A stretch of DNA of 35,528 bases from an uncultured bacterium. Lineage in GTDB: Bacteria; Bacteroidota; Bacteroidia; 2-12-FULL-35-15. Each line of letters starts with the position of its first letter. Position 1 is the stretch's first letter. The notes below the pieces were generated by a model that was not told where the DNA came from, did no database searches, and saw only the letters and a program-made list of their open reading frames with translations. Position numbers and translations under genes: made by a program. Positions 18,810-26,654 of this stretch are shown here, one piece after another. The stretch spans positions 1 through 35,528 of the forward strand of contig CAXHCC010000003.1 in NCBI GenBank assembly GCA_964014945.1. The letters run 5' to 3'.

Positions 18810-19598
18810 TTAAGCTTTTAATGAGTGTAAAATACTATAACCAGCCTCATCCATGCTGTGGGTTACTTCATCCACTCGTGTGCTAAAGTAGTTATAGGCT
18901 ATAATACCTACTACCGATCCAAATACACCTAATGCCGTATTGATTAATGCTTCAGAAATACCTGTAGCAAGTGCGGTTGTATCTGGCGATCCAGCTGAGG
19001 ACATGGCAGCAAATGAACGAATCATACCAATAACCGTTCCAACCAACCCCCATAAAGTAGCAACGGAAGCGCTTGTAGAAATTACCGATAAGTTTTTAGA
19101 TAACATTGGTAATTCAAGACTGATAGCTTCATCTAGCTCTTTTTGAATGGCTGCAATTTTTTCTTCATTGTTTAGTGATTCGTCTGTATGAACGATTTGT
19201 AGTTTTTCTATTCCAGAACGTACCACATTAGCAAGAGAGCCTTCTTGGCTATCGCATAAGCTTATTGCTTCAGAATAATTGTTTGCAGATAAAGAGGATT
19301 TGATACTTCTTAAAAACTCACTCGCATTGCCTTTGCCTTTGGCTTTGTTCAAAGACATTAGTCGTTCGATAGAAAAAGTGACAATAACGATAAAGATTCC
19401 CATTAATATAGGAACAATAAAACCACCGGCGTGCATAATTCCTAAATAGTTGCCAGGAAGTGGGTGTCCTTCTGCATCAAAATTACTAGAGTTACCTAGT
19501 ATTAAGGTGTATATTAATGTTGCCAATAGGAGGGAACCTCCAATAGCTGCAAGGGCAGTCATAAAATTAAACCCGTAGCTTTCTTTTTTAGTATCCAT
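18810..19598 (-). CDS. exbB: MotA/TolQ/ExbB proton channel protein
   Basis: GGFIV...IERL, GLVGTVIGMIRSF and GISEALINTALG motifs. Confidence 0.93.
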   Translation of the reverse strand: MDTKKESYGFNFMTALAAIGGSLLLATLIYTLILGNSSNFDAEGHPLPGNYLGIMHAGGFIVPILMGIFIVIVTFSIERLMSLNKAKGKGNASEFLRSIKSSLSANNYSEAISLCDSQEGSLANVVRSGIEKLQIVHTDESLNNEEKIAAIQKELDEAISLELPMLSKNLSVISTSASVATLWGLVGTVIGMIRSFAAMSSAGSPDTTALATGISEALINTALGVFGSVVGIIAYNYFSTRVDEVTHSMDEAGYSILHSLKA

Positions 19599-19649
19599 AG
19601 TTGTCTTAATTATTTCTTAATCCTTTGTTATATAACAATTTTGCGAGTG

Positions 19650-19657
19650 CAAATGTA
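19650..19657 (-). promoter_or_regulatory. -7 promoter element for the exbB operon
   Basis: Minus strand TACATTTG (TAnnTTTG) about 50 nt upstream of the exbB ATG. Confidence 0.7.
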
Positions 19658-19733
19658 CAAATTTGTTGCATAATAATGCGCAATTAACACCTATTGTTAA
19701 CGCTATATTAATATTACTTATTGTTTGTCTAGA

Positions 19734-20363
19734 TTATTTATTTTTTCCTCTAGAAAAGTAAACTTTCAACAGTGGAATAAGTGTGATTATGATAAGCGCA
19801 ATAACTATGATTCCAATGTTGTTTTGCACCCAAGGAATGTTGCCAAAATAATACCCTAATGTGGTAAATGTGCCTATCCATAATATGGCACCAAGTGTAT
19901 TATAGATCATGAACTTCTTAAAATCCATTTTAATTATACCAGCTACAATGGGAGCAAAGGTTCTTATTATAGGTAAAAAGCGACCAATAATTATTGTATT
20001 TCTACCATTTTGATCGTAATATGATTTGGTGGTTTCTAGGTGGCGCTTTTTAAAAAAGAAGGAGTCTTTTCTTTTATATAACCTTTTACCCATCCTATGT
20101 CCAAACCAATAGCCCACAACGTTTCCAGCAACGGCTGCGCTAATCATCAGTAATTCTAGTTCAATAATATTAACATCCATAATTTCAGGATGAGACACAC
20201 AAAAGATACCTGCAATAAATACAAGCGAGTCGCCAGGAAGGAAGAAGCCCACAAATAGACCTGTTTCCGCAAAAATGACAAATAATAGCAGGGATATTCC
20301 TCCAATTTTGATGATAGATTCAGGATCTACTAACTGTTTCAATAAATCGTAAATCTCTTCCAC
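19734..20363 (-). CDS. DedA/VTT family membrane protein
   Basis: FAETGLFVGFFLPGDSL and GRFLPIIRTFAPIVAG. Confidence 0.95.
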   Translation of the reverse strand: MEEIYDLLKQLVDPESIIKIGGISLLLFVIFAETGLFVGFFLPGDSLVFIAGIFCVSHPEIMDVNIIELELLMISAAVAGNVVGYWFGHRMGKRLYKRKDSFFFKKRHLETTKSYYDQNGRNTIIIGRFLPIIRTFAPIVAGIIKMDFKKFMIYNTLGAILWIGTFTTLGYYFGNIPWVQNNIGIIVIALIIITLIPLLKVYFSRGKNK

Positions 20364-20428
20364 TTTAATTGTTGTTCAGAAATGCTATTGGGTAATGAAC
20401 CAATAAAGGGTAGGGACAGAAGAGTATC

Positions 20429-21511
20429 TTATGCTTCTTCCGCTTGTCTCACCATTATAAATTCTAAAATATTCTCCGTATCCAAAACACCAACAAATGC
20501 ACCATTTTCATGCACAGGAACAATTGCTGCATCGTGTTCTTGTATTTTTTTCCAAGCCTCAGCTAATTTCCAATTCGCATCAACGTATAGAAGGTTTTTA
20601 TTCATTGCGGAAGATACCAGTGCCTCGTTACCACCTTCGTTTAAGCATTTAATGATATCATCCCGGCTAAGTGTCCCTGCTACTTTATTGTTTTCTATTA
20701 CCAAAAAGTTTTTGATTTGTCCGTTTAATAGCATGCTAACCGCATTTCTAATAGGTTCACTGGCATCTATTTTTTGAAATTGCTGCATTAAAATATCCTT
20801 CACCTTAAAGCCTTTTAGAAGCGAATCCATTTCGGTGTACTTTGCTTCTGATCTTGCTCCTAAAAAGATAAAAATGCCTATAAAAATGAGTGTTGGGCTG
20901 TTTTTAAAACCAAATAAAACAAATAATACAGCCACAAATTGTCCTACCATGGCAGCTATATTGGTGGCTGTAGTTCTTTTTAGTTTTAAACTTAGTAATG
21001 CTCTAAACACCCTGCCACCATCCATGGGAAAAGCCGGTAGCAAATTGAAGAATGCCAATACAAGGTTTACAACAAAAAAATTAAGAAAGAAGTTGGAAGC
21101 ATTAACTCCGTTTGATAACTGTTCTATAAAAGCTTCCGGTTCAGGAATACTAATAAATAAAGAAGTGATTGCTGCCAATACAATATTAACGGCAGGCCCT
21201 GCGATTGCAACTACAAGCTCTTCCCACGGTTTTTCAGGCATTTTTTCTAAGCGTGCCAAGCCACCTATTGGTAGTAAGGTAATGTCACGTGTTTTAATAT
21301 TGAATCTTCGAGCAGCCATTGCATGCCCCAATTCATGCAGCAAAACAGTGATGAATACAAAGGAAATAAAGAGTACAGACCATGCGATCTGTGTTTGGTT
21401 ATAGCCCGCTTTTTTGTTGGTGTAAACGATGAACCCTATTAATAATAAAAAGGTCCAATGTATGAATATATCAATACCTGCAACGGTGGCAAGTTTTAAT
21501 TTCGATTTCAT
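20429..21511 (-). CDS. Site-2 protease (M50) with a C-terminal CBS pair
   Basis: HELGH zinc motif, AGP, NLLPAFPMDGG and two CBS domains. Start set to ATG 21511 because the longer ORF begins across a terminator hairpin. Confidence 0.92.
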   Translation of the reverse strand: MKSKLKLATVAGIDIFIHWTFLLLIGFIVYTNKKAGYNQTQIAWSVLFISFVFITVLLHELGHAMAARRFNIKTRDITLLPIGGLARLEKMPEKPWEELVVAIAGPAVNIVLAAITSLFISIPEPEAFIEQLSNGVNASNFFLNFFVVNLVLAFFNLLPAFPMDGGRVFRALLSLKLKRTTATNIAAMVGQFVAVLFVLFGFKNSPTLIFIGIFIFLGARSEAKYTEMDSLLKGFKVKDILMQQFQKIDASEPIRNAVSMLLNGQIKNFLVIENNKVAGTLSRDDIIKCLNEGGNEALVSSAMNKNLLYVDANWKLAEAWKKIQEHDAAIVPVHENGAFVGVLDTENILEFIMVRQAEEA

Positions 21512-21522
21512 GTAGTAAAGAT

Positions 21523-21550
21523 AAAAAAAAGGGGAGTAGTTCTCCCCTTT
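21523..21550 (-). terminator. Intrinsic terminator downstream of hsp20
   Basis: Minus strand AAAGGGGAG-AACTA-CTCCCC-TTTTTTTT. Confidence 0.85.
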
Positions 21551-21577
21551 ATTTATCATGCAAATATGATGCTTTTA

Positions 21578-22030
21578 TTACTTTACATCAATGGTTTTGC
21601 TTTCTGGTTTCGCTTCTATTTCTTTTTTTGCAAGGGATACGGTTAGTATTCCGTTGTCGTATTTAGCACTTACATCTTCTTGTTTTGCATTTTCCGGAAC
21701 TCTAAAGGATCTGCTAAACGATTGATAACTAAACTCCTTTCTTGTGTAATTTCCTTCATCATCTTTCTCTTCGTTTTCTTCCTTCTTTTCTGATGATATC
21801 GATAATACATTATTCTTTAGTTCTATTTTAAAATCGCTTTTACTCATTCCTGGTGCAGCTAATTCAATATTAAAATTACTATCCGTTTCTTTTACGTTAA
21901 CCGATGGTAATGTTGTACCCGTCGCTGAAAAGTTTTTATCATTCCAGTCAAAAAAATCTCGTGAAAAAAAGTCGTCGAAAAATGAACTGGATGATGGAAA
22001 TAAAGATTTTCGTTTTTCTAATGAACTCAT
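21578..22030 (-). CDS. Hsp20/alpha-crystallin small heat-shock protein
   Basis: PSVNVKE, LAAPG..K.DF, EFSYQSFSRSF..P and AKYDNGILTV. Confidence 0.96.
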   Translation of the reverse strand: MSSLEKRKSLFPSSSSFFDDFFSRDFFDWNDKNFSATGTTLPSVNVKETDSNFNIELAAPGMSKSDFKIELKNNVLSISSEKKEENEEKDDEGNYTRKEFSYQSFSRSFRVPENAKQEDVSAKYDNGILTVSLAKKEIEAKPESKTIDVK

Positions 22031-22070
22031 AATGACCTCCTTTTTTTATGTTTTTAATTAATTAATAACA

Positions 22071-22136
22071 CAAAAATATATTCGAAAAAAGGTCGTAAAA
22101 ATGATTTTAGTCAACGAGTAAATTGATTTTAGTCAG
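22071..22136 (-). promoter_or_regulatory. hsp20 promoter with two identical FNR/CRP-like boxes
   Basis: -7 element TATTTTTG (22078-22071); TGATTTTAGTCA repeated exactly at 22102-22113 and 22124-22135 (TGA-N6-TCA). Confidence 0.65.
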
Positions 22137-22151
22137 TTGTAGGTGAGGGGG

Positions 22152-23123
22152 TTATAAGGCTTCCTCGATTAATAGTGTGAGCACATCAATTAGCTTTTTT
22201 CCGCTGGCTGCTATTTGTTGAGGAATAATACTTTCTTCTGTCATTCCTGGTGTGGTGTTTACTTCAATAGGGTAAATTGTGCCATTGTTTTGCATTAAAC
22301 AATCCACCCGGGCAACACCCTTTAAGCCTATAATTTGATATATCTGCATAGCTAATGCTTGCATTTGTTCGGTTTCTTCTTTTGAAATTTTGGCAGGAGT
22401 TACTTCATTTGATTCGCCCTTGTATTTTGCCTCATAATCAAAAAAATCGTTATTGCTGATAATTTCTGTTGGAGGTAAGGCGGTAAGTTTATCGTTGCTT
22501 TTATACACACCACAGGTAAACTCCCTGCCTTCTACAAAAGATTCTATTATGACTTCATTTCCTTCATTGAATGCTTTTGTAATAGCTGGATGGAGGTCTT
22601 GCTCGGTTTTAACTTTGGAAATACCAAAGCTTGATCCGCCGTCGTTAGGTTTTACAAAACAAGGGAGTTTGAGTTCGCTCACAATTTTTTGCGTATTTAC
22701 TTCGTCACCTTTCCTTAGTAGTATTGATTTAGCTACTGGGATTTGGTATGTGCTTAATAGTTTGTTGCATGCCCATTTGTTAAACGATAAGGCTGATGAA
22801 AAGCTATCCGAATTAACATAGGGTAATTTAATCATATCAAAGTAGGATTGTAATTTCCCATCTTCACCAGGTGTGCCATGTATGGTAATAAACGCTGCGT
22901 TAAACTTAATGGTGTTACCATCTTTAGTGTAGGTGAAATTGTTTTTGTCTATACTATAGGTTTGCTCATCAATTATTGCTGCCCAGTGTTGTTGGCTAAT
23001 TTCAACTAGAATAGGGTGAAATAGTTCAGTGTTTATGTTATTGAATAGGGTAGATGCGCTCTTCTTTGATATTGCTGCTTCAGAAGAGTAGCCTCCATAT
23101 ACAAGGGCGATTATTGGCTTCAT
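22152..23123 (-). CDS. ddl: D-alanine--D-alanine ligase
   Basis: GGYSSE, HGTPGEDG, VKPNDGGSSFG, GREFTCG, FDYEAKY (Tyr, D-Ala-D-Ala type) and EVNTTPG. Confidence 0.96.
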   Translation of the reverse strand: MKPIIALVYGGYSSEAAISKKSASTLFNNINTELFHPILVEISQQHWAAIIDEQTYSIDKNNFTYTKDGNTIKFNAAFITIHGTPGEDGKLQSYFDMIKLPYVNSDSFSSALSFNKWACNKLLSTYQIPVAKSILLRKGDEVNTQKIVSELKLPCFVKPNDGGSSFGISKVKTEQDLHPAITKAFNEGNEVIIESFVEGREFTCGVYKSNDKLTALPPTEIISNNDFFDYEAKYKGESNEVTPAKISKEETEQMQALAMQIYQIIGLKGVARVDCLMQNNGTIYPIEVNTTPGMTEESIIPQQIAASGKKLIDVLTLLIEEAL

Positions 23124-23148
23124 GAATTACTAGCTAGTTATGTATAAA

Positions 23149-23156
23149 CAAAGGTA
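23149..23156 (-). promoter_or_regulatory. -7 promoter element for ddl
   Basis: Minus strand TACCTTTG 25 nt upstream of the ATG. Confidence 0.7.
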
Positions 23157-23213
23157 TGGCAATTTATCAAGGCAATGTAGGGTATGCGAGTAATTCGTTA
23201 ACAAGTTTATTAA

Positions 23214-24578
23214 CTAAGCCATCGTCACGCTATTACTTTCTTTAAAATATTGGCGTAGGATACGTTGTACGTCTCTATTGTTGTTTTGAGGATTGATGAG
23301 TTTTTCTACCTCTGTTTCTAGTTCGATTTTTTTTCTTTTTCCAACAAAGCCATAGCCTTTATAAATTCCTTGTCTGATAAGTACAATAGACTTTTCTCTA
23401 TTGTTTCTTCCAGCTCCTTCTATAATCAAGTCTTCTTGAAAGCCTTTGAGGCTATCTAATGCTTTTGTAACTCTTTGGTTGTAGATTGTTATGGCTTCGT
23501 TGTTGCAACAAACCCCATTGCATTTTTTAATTTGGTGATGAAAACACCTGCCTACACCCGAACTTAGCTGACAATATTTAGGGCAAAGCTCAAACTCTTC
23601 GCATAGTTCTTCTATAAATCGTCGCGCTTCAAATTTTGTGTAAAAGGTGGCTAAGGGTTTAGCAATAAGTTTTAGGTGATTGTAGCCTAGGTGTAGAACC
23701 CCTTGTTTATCTTCGTAAAAAAACAAGCCATAAGTGTCTGCTTTTCTTTTTTGCGAGCGATTGTATAAGGGGTATAGTTGCTTTATTTCTGATGATTCGT
23801 GCAAAAGGGCAACTAATTCATTGCCTGTTTCTTTGAAAGTTACATTAGCGGTTGCATTACTCATGGCAATCTCTTTTTTAGCCTTGTCTCTAAAATGGCT
23901 TAATACGCGTTGTTTAATATTTTTGGCTTTGCCCACATAAATAATTTTTCCTTCTTCGTTGTGAAAATAATAAACACCTGTACTTGAGGGTAGTTTTTCA
24001 AATACTTCTCTTGGTAAAAGTGGTGGTAAGGTGGCTTCTTTAGAGCGCGGGTTAAGGCTATCTTTAAAAATGCTTCCATCTTTATCTAGCTTATGCAACA
24101 TGGCAAATAGTTCTGTTGTTGCTTTAGCGTCGCCATGTGCGCGGTGCCTGCCTTTTATATTAATACCTACGGCGCCGCATAAATTACCTAATGAGTAAGA
24201 GGGTAGTCCAGGTATTAGCTTACGCGATAAGCGGATGGTACACATCTTTTTTCGCCTAAAATGTCCTCCTAAAGAGGTGTACTCATTTCGGATAACACCA
24301 TAGTCAAAATTTACATTATGGGCTACAAATACGGTGTTTTGCGTAAGTAGCATTACTTTTTTTGCAATTTCGTAAAACTTGGGCGCCTCGGCTACCATTT
24401 CGTTGGTGATGCCTGTGAGCTGTGTTATGCGATAATCAATATTGCATTCTGGATTTACTAGGCTGTGAAACTCATCTACTACTTTTTTTCCATCAAATAC
24501 AAATACAGAGATGTCGGTAATTTTATTACCACTGGCTCCAAAGCCCGTTGTTTCAACATCTATAATGGAATAAAGCAT
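23214..24578 (-). CDS. DnaQ/epsilon-like DEDDh exonuclease fused to a UvrC/Cho-type GIY-YIG nuclease
   Basis: IDVETTG, AHNVNFD and HRAHGDA (DEDDh); GVYYF...IYVGKAKNIKQRV (GIY-YIG); C-terminal Cys cluster CPKYC...C..HQIKKCNGVCC. Confidence 0.92.
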   Translation of the reverse strand: MLYSIIDVETTGFGASGNKITDISVFVFDGKKVVDEFHSLVNPECNIDYRITQLTGITNEMVAEAPKFYEIAKKVMLLTQNTVFVAHNVNFDYGVIRNEYTSLGGHFRRKKMCTIRLSRKLIPGLPSYSLGNLCGAVGINIKGRHRAHGDAKATTELFAMLHKLDKDGSIFKDSLNPRSKEATLPPLLPREVFEKLPSSTGVYYFHNEEGKIIYVGKAKNIKQRVLSHFRDKAKKEIAMSNATANVTFKETGNELVALLHESSEIKQLYPLYNRSQKRKADTYGLFFYEDKQGVLHLGYNHLKLIAKPLATFYTKFEARRFIEELCEEFELCPKYCQLSSGVGRCFHHQIKKCNGVCCNNEAITIYNQRVTKALDSLKGFQEDLIIEGAGRNNREKSIVLIRQGIYKGYGFVGKRKKIELETEVEKLINPQNNNRDVQRILRQYFKESNSVTMA

Positions 24579-24583
24579 GAGTA

Positions 24584-25354
24584 TTAGTTGATTTTCCCTT
24601 TAATTTCTTCCAATTCTATCTGTAGAGTACGCATCATATTCATGATGCTTTCTAAGTTGAGCTCTTCTTTGTCATAGTTCTGCAAATCTATTTTGCAGGT
24701 ATACTGCCATATTTCTAGTACTTCTTTATAATCAATTTCGTAGGGTGGGTAAAAGGCGTTATCAGATGTTAATGTGAGTTTGTTACCTTTTGCATGGCTT
24801 ACCCGTTTGTACACCATACCATCATTTTCCGTAATGATGATGTAGGTTTGCCCGTCTTTTATGTGTTCTATTTGTTCAATAAACTCACCCACCACAAAAG
24901 CTCCTTCCTTTACAAAAGGCTCCATGGAATCTCCTTTAATAGGAAAGGCTCTGTGTTTGCCAGTTGGCATAAAGGGTAATTTCATTTGAGGTAACTCGCT
25001 GATATATTCAGGATCATCATAGCCAGCTAAATATCCGGCTGATGCTTTTATAGGCACTACCTCAATAAGGTTGTTATTTTCTTCGTTTACCAGTATCGGA
25101 AACAAGATGCGGTTCTCGCCAACGTCGATAAACGAATCTTCTTTTGATTTGGTAATGTCGTGTTTAACGAGCGTGTCTATGGGTAGCTTAAAATAGTCTG
25201 ACAACTTAATTAATGTGTCCATATTAGGTTCGGCGCGGTTGTCTTCGTAAGAGGCTAATTGGCCTCTGCTTATATCAAAAATATCGGCAAGGTTTTGCTG
25301 CGATATATTTTTCTTGTTCCGCAAATACTTGATGTTGTGGGCGAATTTTAACAT
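24584..25354 (-). CDS. XRE-HTH + peptidase S24 repressor (non-canonical LexA-like)
   Basis: N-terminal Cro/C1 HTH, Ala-Gly cleavage site (ASAGY), catalytic Ser (GDSM) and Lys (VYKRV). Divergent from dinB-dnaE2. Confidence 0.92.
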   Translation of the reverse strand: MLKFAHNIKYLRNKKNISQQNLADIFDISRGQLASYEDNRAEPNMDTLIKLSDYFKLPIDTLVKHDITKSKEDSFIDVGENRILFPILVNEENNNLIEVVPIKASAGYLAGYDDPEYISELPQMKLPFMPTGKHRAFPIKGDSMEPFVKEGAFVVGEFIEQIEHIKDGQTYIIITENDGMVYKRVSHAKGNKLTLTSDNAFYPPYEIDYKEVLEIWQYTCKIDLQNYDKEELNLESIMNMMRTLQIELEEIKGKIN

Positions 25355-25371
25355 TGTTAATTATTTTAACA
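25355..25371. promoter_or_regulatory. Candidate repressor operator TGTTAA-N5-TTAACA
   Basis: Perfect 6-5-6 inverted repeat directly abutting the repressor start codon, downstream of its TATATTTG -7 element. Confidence 0.7.
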
Positions 25372-25379
25372 TTATATGG

Positions 25380-25409
25380 CAAATATATTAACTACTTTTA
25401 AATCACAAA
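25380..25409 (-). promoter_or_regulatory. Promoter of the repressor-nuclease operon, overlapping the divergent dinB promoter
   Basis: Minus strand TTTG (25409-25406) - 18 nt - TATATTTG (25387-25380). A plus strand near-consensus TACTTTTA at 25393-25400 could serve dinB. Confidence 0.62.
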
Positions 25410-25439
25410 AATTTTACAACACTTTTTTTGAAATTAATC

Positions 25440-26654
25440 ATGCAACGATCCATTATGCATATAGATCTAGACACCTTTTTTGTGTCGTGCGAACGTTTGT
25501 TAGACCCCAGTTTGGTGGGCAAGCCTGTGCTGGTAGGTGGGGTAAGAGATAGAGGGGTGGTGTCGGCTTGTAGCTATGAGGCGCGTACTTATGGCGTTCA
25601 TTCGGCTATGCCTATGCGCATGGCGCGGCAGTTGTGCCCAGAAGCAATTGTTATAAAAGGTAATAGTGGTATTTATAGTAAATACTCCAATATGGTAACA
25701 GATATCATTAAGGAAGGGGCACCTTTGTATGAAAAGGCATCGATAGATGAGTTTTATATAGACCTTACTGGTATGGATGCCTTTTTTGGCTGCTATAAGT
25801 GGGCTCAAGAACTGCGTGAGCGAATTATAAAGGAAACCAATTTGCCCATTTCGTTTGGCTTGTCAACTAGTAAGGTGGTTTCTAAAATATCAACCAATGA
25901 AGCTAAGCCCAATGGTTTAATACATGTAAAAGCGGGTTTAGAAAAAGAATTTTTGGCTCCATTGTCCATTAAAAAAATACCCATGGTGGGCGATCAAACT
26001 TATCGTAAGCTCAGAAGTATGGGGGTGGAGCAAATAAAAACGGTGCAGGAGATGCCACTGGAGCTTATGGAAAAGGTGTTGGGAAAAAACGGGGTTGCTA
26101 TTTGGAAAAAGGCCAATGGTTTGGATAATAGTCCGGTAATTGCTTACCATGAAAGAAAGTCTATCTCTTCTTCGTTAACCTTTGAAAAAGATACAATTAA
26201 CACAACTTACTTAAAGAAAGTTTTAGCAACAATGACAGAAAAGTTAGCCTATTATTTAAGGGTAGGTAATCGCTTGACTGCTTGTGTAACAGTAACCATT
26301 AGGTATTCTGATTTTGATACCCGAACGCGGCAGGCGCGCATACCTTATTCTGCTAACGACGAAGTGCTTATTAAAACTGTTATGGACTTGTTTGCTCAAT
26401 TGTATCAACGGCGGGTGTTGGTGCGTTTGGTGGGTGTGCGTTTTAGTCATTTAATTGGGGGTGGACACCAAATAAACCTGTTTGAAGACTCAGAAAAGCT
26501 ATTGAACCTTTATCAGGCCATGGATAATATGCGTAATAGGTATGGGCAAGATGCGGTAAAACGTGCCATTACGATGGATACGAAGGGGGTAGGGCAGTTT
26601 CAAAACCCATTTAATGGCTTGCCCCCTATTATTCCTGCTCACAGAAGAAACTAA
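25440..26654 (+). CDS. dinB: DNA polymerase IV (Y family)
   Basis: HIDLDTFFVSCE, CSYEAR..GV.SAMP, ASIDEFY and K.KP.G; clamp motif QINLF. ATG at 25440 preferred over TTG 25428. Confidence 0.95.
   Translation: MQRSIMHIDLDTFFVSCERLLDPSLVGKPVLVGGVRDRGVVSACSYEARTYGVHSAMPMRMARQLCPEAIVIKGNSGIYSKYSNMVTDIIKEGAPLYEKASIDEFYIDLTGMDAFFGCYKWAQELRERIIKETNLPISFGLSTSKVVSKISTNEAKPNGLIHVKAGLEKEFLAPLSIKKIPMVGDQTYRKLRSMGVEQIKTVQEMPLELMEKVLGKNGVAIWKKANGLDNSPVIAYHERKSISSSLTFEKDTINTTYLKKVLATMTEKLAYYLRVGNRLTACVTVTIRYSDFDTRTRQARIPYSANDEVLIKTVMDLFAQLYQRRVLVRLVGVRFSHLIGGGHQINLFEDSEKLLNLYQAMDNMRNRYGQDAVKRAITMDTKGVGQFQNPFNGLPPIIPAHRRN

Noticed and set aside
22031-22151. CIRCE/HrcA operator upstream of hsp20
   Set aside because: No TTAGCACTC-N9-GAGTGCTAA sequence present.
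24584-25354. Prophage CI repressor marking a prophage
   Set aside because: No phage structural, integrase or replication genes; the context is DNA repair.
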